In this document: positions 11,854 through 29,458 of the stretch, in pieces | How positions within the stretch are numbered: the stretch's first letter is position 1 | Layout: the number at the start of each line of letters is the position of its first letter | NCBI GenBank assembly: GCA_951406725.2 | Contig: OX597815.1 | Location: 126,604,001 to 126,668,000, forward strand | Source of the DNA: Octopus vulgaris | Taxonomy: Eukaryota | DNA: 64,000 nucleotides | Direction of reading: 5' to 3' | Translations under genes and position numbers: made by a program | The notes under the pieces: model-generated | Database searches by the model: none | Told to the model about the DNA's origin: nothing | Seen by the model: the letters and a program-made list of their open reading frames with translations, nothing else

Positions 11854-13383
11854 TCATTGTTATTATTATTTAATGTCCATTTTTCATACTGGAATGGGTT
11901 GGACAGTCTGAGAGGATCCACCAAACTGCAGGAATGAATTGAACTCCAGTGTCAGCTTTGGCATGATTTCTACTGCTGAATGCTCTCTATAATGTCAACC
12001 ACTTTACAGAGTGTACCAAGTGCTTTTTTTTTCATGCCACCAGCACTAGTGAAGAGCAAGACAAGAAAAGAACAGAAGAGAATCATTTAATTTTTATAGA
12101 AATCTAATTTCCAACAATAATTATACACTTCATGATATTGACTTAGTGGGTCTGGTGAAATTATTATATTTTTACTTGTTTCATTCACTGGACTGCAGCC
12201 ATATAGGGCACCAGCTTAAAGAGTGTTGTCCATTGAAATAACCCCAATAAGACTGTTGGCCATTTTTTTTGTTGAGCCTCTGAGTTATGGAGACCTAAAC
12301 AAATCAATGTGAAGGCACATGCCCAAGTAGTTAGAGCATCAGACTCATGGTTGAGGGATTGCGGGTTCAAATCTCAGACCGGGCGATGTGTGTGTTTATG
12401 AGCAAAACACCTAAGCTCCACATGGCTTCTGCAGAAGGTAATGGCAAACTTCTGCTTACTCTTTCAACACAACTTTTTCTCACTCTTTCCTCCTGCATCT
12501 AGCTGCTCACCTGCAACGGACCGGTGTCTCACCCAGGTGGGGAACCTATATGCCAATGGAACTGGGAAACTGGACCTTATGAGTTAGGCATGGCTTGAGA
12601 AGGAACAAACTACAAACAAATCAATACTGGTTGTCAAGCAATGAAAGACAAACACAAATACATTGTGAAAAAGAGAGAGAGAGTATGTGTATAGGAGAGG
12701 AGCTTCTCCACACTTGCTATCTATCAAATTCTTCTAAGTGCTATGGGTTGGCCTAGAACTGTAGAAGAAACTACCCAAAGGCTCAAAACAGTGAGACTGA
12801 GTTCAAAACCATATGGTTGCAAAGTGAACTTCTTAACTTCACAATCATGTCTGTTGATTTTAGTCCCCAACTGATATTGTCTTGATTTTTTTCACTACAT
12901 AGGGATTGCAGGTAATGTATTAGTTCTTCAAAGGAGTAACCATGCTGCTCATGAATTTTGGGCTCAGATATCTCCAGCAAGATCCCTAAAACCAGGGTTA
13001 CAGACTAGGGTTATGTATCAAACCTTTGGTTGTAGGAAGGTAAATGTGATAGCAGTGATTCACAACAGACCGGCAATTCAGTGATGTCATCAACTGACTG
13101 AGCTTCTGGCATTACAAGTTCTGTGTACTTTATTGTGAACTAGTAGAGTCACAGTGTCACTCTGCCTTATTACATATCAAACTATCTCCTTCAATGTCCA
13201 TAGAAATGGAAGTGTTTACCAATGGGCCAAATGACTGTTGTTAATAAATTGGATTACTAGATATTCGATTTGAGACTAGTTTCATCATGTTTGAAATATT
13301 GGTTTCAAATTTTGGCACAAGGCCAGCAATTTTGGGGAAGGGAGTAAGTTAATTACATCAACTCCAGTGTTCAACTGGTACTC

Positions 13384-14365
13384 GCCTCTTAACTATCACC
13401 CCATCAGTCTTACTAGCTGCATCGCCAAACTGATGGAATCCTGTGTCAGAGAAACCTTCCGGAACTTCTGGAAGTCTCACAGCCTTATCCAACCATCACA
13501 ATTTGCATTTATTCCTAAATCCAGCTGCTGTAATCAACTCATTGAGTTTCTTGAGGACATTACCCGAATTACTGACTGTGGCTCCTGGGTGGATGTTGTT
13601 TACCTGGACTTTGCTAAGGCTTTTAATTCTGTGCCACACAAAATGCTTATGGTGAAACTCTCTGCAATGGGTGTAAGAGATGAGCTCTATAACTGGTTGA
13701 AGTCCTTCGTTATTGGCCAAAAAGAGGTTGTCACAGTTCTAGGACAGCCGCTCTCTGGCTATCTATCTGAGGTTTTATATAGCTATGGTGTGGCCTCACC
13801 TGGAATTTGCATCACCAGTCTGGAACCACTATCTTGCCCAGGATATTGTCTGGAAACCGTTCAGCAACATGCAACTAAGAGAATACCCTCCATCAGGTAT
13901 TTGCCATATTCTGAACACCTTACTTCCCTGGGCATGGATACATTGAAACTCCGACATCTGGCAGCTGACTTGGCAGACAGCCATAAAATTATTAACCATC
14001 TTACTAACAGTAACTCTGAGCACCTTTTCAAACTCCACCTGTCTAACATCCGTGGACATGTTTACAAAGTCAGAAAACAGCACAGCTCCCATAACTTTCA
14101 GAAACATTTTTTCACGCTAAGAGTTGCTGAAGTATGGAACAAACTTCTGGCATCAGTTGTTAGTTGTCGGAGTACTGTATCCTTCAAAACTTCCATGCTT
14201 CCTGAGATTTGCTAATACTACCCCTGATTTTCTACCCTCCATACACATGCAAGCATATATCTGACTCATACACTGTTCACTTCCCAGACATTTGTACATT
14301 ACTATATATGCTTTATACACACTTTTGACAAGTTGTGGTGCACCTGAGCACTGTATACAATAATT

Positions 14366-14405
<40 letters not shown>
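13384..14405 (+). mobile_element. CR1/L2-clade LINE 3' fragment with internally deleted RT and (TTA)n tail, inserted in a SINE
   Basis: NYHPISLTSCIAKLME, VDVVYLDFAKAFNSVPH, FFTLRVAEVWNKL. The YADD region is missing. Short TSD tactc (13379-13383 / 14406-14410) splits a SINE spanning about 13298-14540. Confidence 0.9.
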
Positions 14406-14408
<3 letters not shown>

Positions 14409-15827
14409 TCATTTTATTGGTACCAAAAGGATAAAAGGCAAAATCAAACTTGGTGGAATTTGAACTCAGAATGTGAAGACAGACAAAATGCCACTAAGCA
14501 TTTTGTCTACTGTGGTAATGATTCTGCTAGCTCACCACCTTTGATGTTTGAAATATTAAAAATGATTTTATTTAGTTATTATATATTAAATGAATGTCAC
14601 CTGAAAAATATTTAATTTTTATACAATTTTCTTCTTCTCTATGGGAGATGTTGAATGAAAAAGTACCTGATTTTAGAGGTCCAATTTGCGTTAAGCAACA
14701 TCATATCATTACAATACCTGTAGCTAGGCTTGAACTCATTTCTAGTTCCTTATCTATCCAGATACGTTGTCTTTTACAGTAAGTCAGCTATGAAATTTTG
14801 TGAACATAGATTGGCAATGCTAGTGCCTCTGTTACACAGCTGACTGAAGCAGCAAACAGATGAGAGTAAAGAGTTAGTTGTCAAGGGAGATAAAAGCATA
14901 AACTGTTATGAAAGAAAAAAAGCAAAAGAGAGTGTGGAGTGCATGAAAAGGGTCATATTTTCTTCATTACTTTTAGTTAGATTCAAATAAACAACAGAAC
15001 CGAGGAGAGAGAATATTTATAAAAAATGAAAAGTGAGAAAGAGGTTTTTACTAAGAAATAATAATTTTCTTTTATTTGTATTGAACTGAAATATAAATAT
15101 AGCATAAATAACATTGTGATGCTGCTTTTCTTGAATTGTATCATAATTTCTTTATGATGTTGTTTATGCATAAAATCTTTATTAAATATATTTTTATAAA
15201 AAAGCCTTGAAGCCCTTCACTCCCAATGATGACTTTTCTTCATTGTACATTGACTCTAGGCTGACTTTTCTGCTTCTCCCCAGTTGCATCTTTGCTTTTT
15301 CAACTCTGTCTCAATGTCTTGCCTCCAGCCATTTTTAAGGTGTCTTCTTGTGAATTCCAGGTCAGAGCCTGACATGTAATGTAGGATATTTCATTTCGTT
15401 AAGGTGTGGCCTCCCATTGACAAGGACACATAAGGATTCTCTATCACTAATTAAGAAAAATATCTTCTTCCGAAAAACTAAATAAAAAGGAACACAAATA
15501 TCACATTCTAAATAGATTTATTCAAGATTTTTCAATAATACAATTTTTCAACTAAAAAAAAAAAATTGATAAAATGATTTTTAAAAAAAATCAAAATTTC
15601 TCGTGGTTACTATTGAATTTTGTATTAAAAAAAAGACAATCAATTAAAGCAAAGAAAGGAACTATTTAAAAAGAAAAACTATTAAATGCTTGTCTCATTG
15701 AGATATTAAATGATTGTTAATGCAATGTGTTTCTTCTGTATAATCTCTGTGAGCCAGTTCATATTTTGTTTTATAAATGTTGATTTAATAATTAAATATT
15801 CCAAAATATATTGGAATCAGTCCAACC

Positions 15828-17486
15828 CAGTGGTTCCCAAATCACATGCATTAGGGTTTCACATATGTAAAGAGCAGGTTGAAGAAATATTTGATTAACT
15901 GAGATTGATTGTCCATGAAATTTAGTCGACAAAATCTCTCCTAACAGGTGAAGGATGGGGTGTATTTAAAATCTAAAAACAACAAGCAAAGGAGATAACA
16001 TATAATATTGGAATACGATCAGTCATTTTGGAAATTTTGGAAAATGAAAATGGTGCAGACAAGAATGGACCTGTTCCACTTTTCCCTCTACCCTTTCCCT
16101 CTACCTTTTTCCCTCTACCCTTTCCCTCTACTTTTTCCCTCTACCCTTTCCTCTTTTCCCTCTACCCTATTGCTTGTTCCCAAATTTCAAGGTACCACTC
16201 CTTGCAGTGGATGAGGTTCTAGATCATGTTGAAGTGCAATGTTATTAATTTCATTCATTTTTAATGATGAGAATTTTATGAACTATAAAGCAGTTGCTGT
16301 TGTGTGTTTAGCCCTGGGTCAGCTTTGAGCAGAACTATGGTGAAAGACATCCCAGTTATGATCATCCCATCCTTTTATATATCTAGGATTACATTATGTA
16401 AACTTTCTTTCCTTTTTTTAATTTAGGAGGGAGTTCTCTATTGTTACCAATTTGTTTGAGACTGCCCATGGTTCTATGGGACAAACTTCCTCTTTTAAAG
16501 TTATCTAAGTTAAAAATCTTTCATCGAAATTCTATGTTTATTTATATTCCAAACCTCAGCTCAAAAAGTACGAAGTTATTTTATTTTACTTTCCATTATT
16601 TTCAAAATTAATCAAAACATAGGCAGAGTATTTCAACAGAAGTATAACAGAGAGATTTGACCATTATTTCTAGTAGTTCTAGTAACTACCTAGAAGTTTC
16701 TTTGTTGGCTGTCCTGTGAACTAACCAAGTATCGTAGCTTAGAATTTGGTATTTTTGGAAGAAATGAGTATCATATTTTTGGAAATTAATAATCTTGAAT
16801 GAATGAGTCTCATTCATTGAAAAACTGGAATGAAGAAATTCTTAAAAATCTTTGTTATTATCTTGTCTAGTGTTGTACATCTATCCTCATGGAGGCTTGG
16901 TTAAAAGAATATAATACAATGAGAAATGAATCATCTAAGCACACTTTGTAAATGGAATGCATGATAGATTCATTGATACTAAGTTTGTGGCCCACAGCTG
17001 CAAATCTTCCATCATCACATATTTTCTCCATTATCCCTACCTTTTCCTGTAGAGAATACACTTATCTGCATTGTTTTTAAAGCACCTTCATATTTTTTCT
17101 GCTCACTGGTCTCATGTTGATGAATTTGAGTATGTAAATCCATATTAAAATTTCACAAACTTACAGAACAGTGATGTAAACACAAGCAATTGATAGTGCA
17201 TTCTGGGTAGCTGAGCATTGGGTTGGTCACGGGTGTGTTTTTGTGGTACAAGTCTTTGACTGATCACTGACTCATGTTATCACAGATCAATTCTTGATAA
17301 GCATAACATGGTTCACAGTTGAGCATACTATGTTATTCCAGATCAGTGCTAAATGAATCCGTAATAAATGAGGCTACATCTACAAACTGTTGCTCTGTAT
17401 AATGTTAATAGGGCAGGGTAGGGATAAATTTGTGATAAAATACATGGAGCAAAAATAAATTGCTTGAAGGAATTTGGGAACCACTA
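15828..17486. mobile_element. hAT-type non-autonomous element with nested insertions, including a pogo/Tigger HTH fragment (about 16900-17390, minus)
   Basis: TIR cagtggttcccaaa / tttgggaaccacta, TSD gtccaacc / gtctaact; internal SLQEKVGIMEKI...VGHKLSINESIMHSIYK resembles an HTH-psq domain. Confidence 0.6.
16081..16168 (+). repeat. Polypyrimidine minisatellite (tttccctctaccc-type units)
   Basis: About six degenerate units visible. Confidence 0.8.
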
Positions 17487-19090
17487 GTCTAACTGAATAG
17501 GGTTTCTGGTTTCCAGGTTAAGACTTCATAGAAGGCTACAACAAGGAAAATATGTCTTGAGAATTTTATGAAAAATAAATGATTTGTTCTTTTTAGCAAC
17601 ACAGCCAGTAGATGTGAACACTTTCACTGATCTTTACTCTTCTGTTACTCTACAGTTAGACTATTTTCTCCAGTATATTACAGACATTCTCTACATTCTC
17701 TTCTGTAGAAGGAAAAGTGAAAAAAAAAATTTTCTGATAAATCTTGAAGGAAGAATTATAAAAAATAATTTTAAAAAAACTTAGATATTACCACTTAATC
17801 ACCCACTCTCAGTAAATGTGTGTAGCCTAATGGTTAGGGTATAGCATTCGTGATTGCTAGATGGAGAGTTCAGTTCCTGGACTGAGTGGCATGTTGTGTT
17901 CTTGAGTAAAACACTTCATTCTATATTGTTCCAGTCCATTCAGCTGTATATGAGGAACTCTGTAATGGACTAGCTTTCCGATCAGGGGAATGTTGGCCTG
18001 CTAACCAAACCAGCTGGGTGGCTAAAACAGTGTGAAGCACATTGTGGCCAGCAATGTATAACAACATCCAATGATCTGATCAATCATGTGACCATGTGAG
18101 TCACCCACACTCAACTCAGGTAGAAGGCATTCTGACACAGCTGTTTTGGTACTACCCAGTTGGTGTTGCTGATTCAATGCTGACTTATTTGACATCAGAT
18201 GTTTTAATACTCCTAATGTTCTTTCCCCTGCTTCTCCTCTCTCCCTTCTTATGTGTGTGAGCTTATTTCTCTTTATTTGAATGAAGAGAGAGAAAGCATT
18301 TATGTCAAGTCATGTTCAATTAATAAACTGTCATCTTCTTCTCTCTCTCTCTCTCTCTCTCTCTTTCCCTCTTTCTATCTCTATGTGTATATTTCTGCAT
18401 GATCATGTATGCATGTGTGTGTGTGTTTGCCTCTAGCATGGAATATTACTGCTGTTGAAGCATCCAGTCAGCTGTGCCAAATCATTAATGTCCAAATGTG
18501 TCCCTAATCATAGCATTTTATCTCAATTCTCCAATTTTAAGAGACTCCATTTATATTGAGTCTACTAAGCTGTTGTGGTGATAGACTTATTTAAAACAAG
18601 ACAACTGTGTGAATAATTTATCACTTAAATATGAACTTAGCACAGCAAGGATTTTAGATATCCACTTATACTCTGTTTCTGATCTTTGCAGTTATATGAT
18701 AAACTTATACAGCTACCTGTGTAGATTGGGCTGGAGATATTTAAATGCCTTGATTATGCACATAATGCACTACGAGTGATGAGATTCAGACCACTAACAC
18801 TCTGATCATTACTGTGACATCATATCAATTTAGATAACTGTAAATATTGCAGAGAAATAATATAATTCATTACAGCCTTAATCCACTAACTTTACACAGA
18901 CTTTTTAGCTTTTCTTTCCCATAATTTTATTGGAAAACTAAAGGTAAGTGAAGTCAACCTATAAACTTTTGATAAAATCAGCATATTCTTTGGCAGCAAT
19001 CTGGTATATTTAATTCAGCCAATGTTTTAAATCTAAGATTTGCAGAAGAGTAGAACTGAGCTTATATGATGTCCACGCCTTTCTCTAGAG

Positions 19091-19466
19091 CAGTGTTTCT
19101 CAACCTTTTTACCCTTGTGTAGCCCTTAAAATAAATTACAAGTCTCAAGGAATCCCTGCACAAAAAAATTATATACCATATCTTTCTCATATTTTCTTCA
19201 TCAAAGTTCACATGGTAAATATCATATATATACATATATATGGTGTCCATAAATTACAGACATCACTAAATATATCCCCAATGGTTATATTTTTTTGATA
19301 ACATTATAGGTTAGATAGGATGTTGTCAATATTACAATATTACAATAACCAATGATATGTTGTGCTTGTTTAGTAATATCACAATCATGAATTACCATTA
19401 GCTTATCTCACTCTTTTTTGTGGAACCCCAAGGAACATTTTGCAGAACCCTGGTTGAGAAATGCTA
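19091..19466. mobile_element. Old hAT (Charlie-like) MITE
   Basis: cagtgtttctcaacc / ggttgagaaatgcta termini; TSD ctctagag / ctctacag. Confidence 0.7.
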
Positions 19467-19804
19467 CTCTACAGCATTAACAGCAGCAGCAGCAGCATAG
19501 TTGGCCATACTTCCAGTCAAAACAAAGTCACAAACTCAGTTTGTCAGGAGCTTGTCTCTACTCTGCAGAGCTTGCCTATGCCAACCAATACATTTTGTTT
19601 ACTAACATCAACACAAAGCCTAAAATCTATAGTAGAGGGAAGATGTGAATTTTTGATGTTTATGCCTTTTTATGGGCAATATCAGCATAAGTAAAAGAAA
19701 TGGTTTCAACTAGGAATCTAAGAAAATAAACCAGGAGTCAAATATTACCAGGAATGATGTAGGAGAATTTGTTTTTTGATTTGTGTGTGTGTTGCACAAG
19801 AAGT

Positions 19805-19842
<38 letters not shown>

Positions 19843-20574
19843 GGAAGTAAGAGGAAGCTATTTCAAAATATCCTGGCTCAAAAAGCAGTCACTGACACTA
19901 TTATTTTTCTTCTTTTACATCTAAAAATAATATTCAGAGAAAACTGTTATTCTTTGTTACCTACAGAGCTGCAGTCCCTAACTTTTTCATAACCATGAAC
20001 CACTTTATTTAAATGAATTTTTCATGGACCCTCAGACTTCAGACTTTTGAATAACCTATCTACTAAATTAACTGATTTTAATTATAGTAAATAACTAATT
20101 AATTTCCCCAGCTCCATCTCTAAATTAAAAAAACCCATAAGTAACTGAATAATTATACATTTTACAATGCAACTCTTTAAAAAAGTTTGAACACAGCTCA
20201 CAGCTCCCTGTTCTGTATTTGCAAGACCCTACAAATATCCACAGACAGGTTGATAACCACTGCTGGGCAATCAGATAAATTGTTCAAAAATTAACATTTA
20301 AATGCAACTATCATCCGCCCTCTTGTGATAATTCATACCTTTATCATAGTTATTAGTATTCGTCTATGATAATCTTTTGTTCTGGCACTGGTGTCCTTTA
20401 TGACATGGCATAAAGCATTTTTTTTCTTTTCAAAAATGTTGAGGTAATCTAGTTGGTAGTGATGTAATATTAGTGAACTCATAAATACAAAGACATTCTT
20501 AAGTGACCAGTGCTTAGTTCTAGTTTCATGTTATTAAGCAGAGGAAAATAAATCATTCCAATGAAGATAATATT

Positions 20575-25800
<5,226 letters not shown>

Positions 25801-25930
25801 TATAATAATGATAATGAGTTTTGATGCGATGAGAAGGTAGGTAAGTTGGTGGATTTATTGTCCCAGAAATACAAAACCATATATCTCTTTTAAAATGTAT
25901 CTGCTGATTAACTGATTAAGTCATCATTTG

Positions 25931-26038
25931 TTAACTGCTCTTGTGGCTTTTGTCTCCATTAAACTCCAGACAACGTGTTTTAGACATCATGTTCAAAATC
26001 AGTAAGACTTGATCCATTTTCCTGTCAATGTTGATAAC
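25931..26038 (-). CDS. KCNQ1: KCNQ1-like channel, terminal exon (helix D coiled coil)
   Basis: cattttcag|GTT...TAA; VINIDRKMDQVLLILNMMSKTRCLEFNGDKSHKSS*. The heptad pattern matches KCNQ helix D; possible AATAAA at 25854-25859. Confidence 0.85.
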   Translation of the reverse strand, partial: VINIDRKMDQVLLILNMMSKTRCLEFNGDKSHKSS

Positions 26039-26050
26039 CTGAAAATGAAA

Positions 26051-26093
<43 letters not shown>

Positions 26094-28624
26094 ATGTGAG
26101 AGAGAAGGAGAGAGAAAACAATGTAAGCTATTGATGTCATTTGGTCAGTATTTGACACAAAAGTATGAAATGCTAGAGATATTTGAAATATAGGCTTGCT
26201 CATCATCATCGTCATCATCGTCGTTTAACGTCCGCTTTCCATGCTGGCATGGGCTAGACAGTTTGACTAAGGGCTGGCAAGCCAGAAGGCTGCACCAGGC
26301 TCCGATCTGATCTGGCAAAGTTTCTACAGCTAGATGCCCTTCCTAATGCCAACCACTCCGAGAATGTAGTGGCTACTTTTTACATGCCACCAGCACGAGG
26401 GCCAGTCAGGCAGTACTGGCATTGACCACGTTTGAATGGTGCTTTTTGCATGCAGTCAGGCAACACTGGCATTGGCTATGTCAATGACTTCACTTGACTC
26501 AACAGGTCTTCGTAAGCACAGTTTATTGCCCAATGATTGAAGGATACTCTTAAATGGGTCGGTTATGCTGCACTGGCATACTGGCTCAGTAAATAGGAGT
26601 GGAATAGGTACTATGAATTCAGCAAAAGCAATGAGTTGCACAAATGGGCTCATGAAATACCTAATTGTTGTTGTTGTTGTTGTCATCGTCGTCGTCATCA
26701 GAGCTAGATTAAGACCCATACAGGCCCCAAGTACTGAAAAGATTATGGCTTCCCCCGTATATATGTAATTCAAAATATTAACAATAATAAACCATAAAAT
26801 AAATTTTTATTCTTCAAAATGAAACAAAACTAACAATAAAATGAAAAATAATGCTATTTTTGAATATGTCAACTTTATTTGTATTTGAAAAGTTCTTCCT
26901 ACTTTTTTTAATTGCAAAGTCTTTGACCAGATTCTCAAAATTAAACACATATGCTTCTATACTTAGTAGAGATGAGGCATCTCGAATATTATTTTAGCAA
27001 GTTTAAAGTGATTTTTTTAGTGCTGTAGACCATTTACCATTTCTGTAGTTTTCTGCTTTCCTTGATGCCCTAAGCTTAATGGTTAATCATTATCCTCATT
27101 TAATGTCCATGTTCCATGCTAGCACTGGATGTATTTGTTTGTTACTGTTATTGTTACTGAGGTCAACATTTCTGATAGAATGAGACCAGGTCCCTCAAGG
27201 GTGTGGGATAAGGGCTGTGATGATATGAAAAGGAAGCAAACAAATTGTCATATTTGATAAAATGAAGATAATCTTAAACATTTTAAACTTCTCCAACATC
27301 ATGGAAAAGAAAGATGAATCATATGGATGCAAATTCTATTTCATTTTCTAATTACAAAATATTAAAGTAAAAAAATGTCCACTTTTTTTTTGTAGGTGTT
27401 GATATTTGTCAGTTTAGGAACTACTAATGGTGTATGAAGCTGATTGTAGAAATGTATAGTTGCCAAAGCAAGAAAATATTTAGAGAGACATAGTTATAAT
27501 TATTTGGCCCTAAATAAGCTCTGAATGAGCAGATTTATGACCAAAAGCATTCCAGTCATGCTCATCCTGCCTTTATTTCAGATCAGGCAGTGTATTTGGT
27601 TTTCTGTTTTCTGATATATATACTTCTTCACAAGAGTATGATTTAAGGAATACTTGGTTGCTATTTCTACTAGGTCAATTAACCATGTAGAGGCTTAACC
27701 ATCAGCTGAAAATTTAAGAATATGCTATCTGTGTGTGTTGGCAACAAAATATTTTTTGAGCCAAGCAGCTTTGTAGAGGCAATAACAAATGACTGAGACC
27801 TTTAGCAATGTGCTGTGCTTGAGTAGAAGATTCATTAAGCCAAGTGAAATCATAGTCGTGGCAGATACTGGTGTCACACAACTGGTACCTGTGTTGGTGG
27901 TACATAAAGGCACCATGCGACCAGCTTGAAATAACAGCCAAATCTCCTTCAGATAACACCCCAGCATCTTAAAAAGTGGCCTCATATGTGAATGTGGTCT
28001 TAGTCTTTGCTTGAAAACAAAGGAATAATCATGACTGGAAGGCCAGCTTTAATCCCAAGTCTGTTCAGTCACAGCTGCACTGAAGCCAAAATATTTCAAG
28101 CTTCAAATGAAATGAGACTGTGAAGTATGTGTAAAGTTTGATTCCTGCGAAGAAATGAAATGCTATCCTTTCCAAGAATTGAACTACAGATTAGTAATAT
28201 ATGTAAGATCAGCTAAGCATTCCTAATGTTGTGGGCCTGTGGGTGTTGGTGCCATGTGAAAAGCACTTGAGCCAGTGCCACGTAAGAGTACCTATACCAG
28301 TGCTGCATAAAAGCAACCAGTACACTCTGTAAAATGGTTGGTATTAGGAAAGGCATCTAGCTATACAAAACTAAGTCTGGGGAGGTCTCCAGCTGATCAG
28401 CTCCTGTCAGACTGTCCAACCCATACCAGCATATAAAATGAATGTTAAATGACGATGACAGTGATGATGTTACACACACACACACATTCATAAATACTAT
28501 GATACTATTTCCTTGCTAGCAATTAATATTTTCACACCAGTTACCAGAAATGTGTTTGATATGTAAATTGGTCTATCCAATAGTGGATATTTAAGTAATG
28601 TGTTTGTGAATAGTTGGTTGTTGT

Positions 28625-28669
28625 GGTGCTGATGAAAGAGCAGTAACTCTTGAAATATGCATGTACACC
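28625..28669 (+). ncRNA. Minimal type I hammerhead ribozyme of Penelope-like type
   Basis: ggtg-CTGATGA-aagag cagtaa ctctt-GAAA-t atgcat-GTA-cacc: intact core, 5-bp stem II, 4-bp stem I, palindromic ATGCAT in stem III. Confidence 0.75.
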
Positions 28670-29068
28670 CATTACCTATTGTTTTTATCTTTGATTACAT
28701 TGTTTGCATAGATATATTCATATATTAAATATCATAACTTTCACTGCTGGTTCTGATTCTATAGAAAATCTGTAGGGATAAACTTTCATATATATATATA
28801 TATATCGTGATGGTGTCGGCTCTCCTGGTGACGTCTATAGTCGCCTGGGGCTAAATGCATCAGTAACATCCCCACCACTCCGCCCTGTCCCTAGCCACAT
28901 TCAGATGGCTGGTCCCGCTTATATTACAGAGCAGTTACTGTTTATACCTCGCTTAGATATTTATTATTGTTATCGAACAGATTTTCGACGCCAGTGACTG
29001 TGTTTACAGTGAAAATCTATATATTTCTAGTCTGTAGAGGAAGTCCCTCAACGAAGAACGGTGTTTGC

Positions 29069-29110
29069 CATGCGCTGACGAGAGGCAATACCTCGAAACC
29101 GGTCCGTGTG
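29069..29110 (+). ncRNA. Type I hammerhead ribozyme, copy 1 (predicted cleavage after GUC, 29104)
   Basis: catgcg-CTGACGA-gagg caata cctc-GAAA-ccg-GTC-cgtgtg: intact core, 4-bp stem II, stem I catgcg/cgtgtg, palindromic stem III ACCGGT. Confidence 0.9.
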
Positions 29111-29416
29111 TAACATCCGTTTCTTCGGGAGGCTGATCTCCCTTACAGGCTAGCAAGGACCCGTGATGGTGTCGGCTCTCCTGGTGACGTCTATAGTCGC
29201 CTATAAATGCATCAGTAACACCCCACCACCCCGCCCTGTCCCTAGCCACATTCAGATGGCTGGTGCTTATATTACAGAGCAGTTACTGTTTATACCTCGC
29301 TTAGAGATTTATTATTGTTATCGAACAGATTTTCGACGCCAGTGACTGTGTTTACAGTGAAAATCTATATATTTCTAGCCTGTAGAGGAAGTCCCTCAAC
29401 GAAGAACGGTGTTTGC

Positions 29417-29458
29417 CATGCGCTGACGAGAGGCAATACCTCGAAACCGGTCCGTGTG
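29417..29458 (+). ncRNA. Type I hammerhead ribozyme, copy 2 (predicted cleavage after GUC, 29452)
   Basis: Sequence identical to copy 1, 348 nt downstream. Confidence 0.9.

Noticed and set aside
12312-12385. tRNA gene
   Set aside because: It has A/B-box-like motifs but the acceptor stem does not pair and it continues into a SINE body, so it is a tRNA-derived SINE head.
13367-14215. Functional 282-aa reverse transcriptase gene
   Set aside because: The start lies in the flanking SINE, and the catalytic YxDD region is deleted; this is a LINE remnant.
7300-20500. An additional host gene between RPS26 and KCNQ1
   Set aside because: No recognisable protein motifs or consistent exon chain outside transposon remnants; small or non-coding exons cannot be excluded without RNA data.
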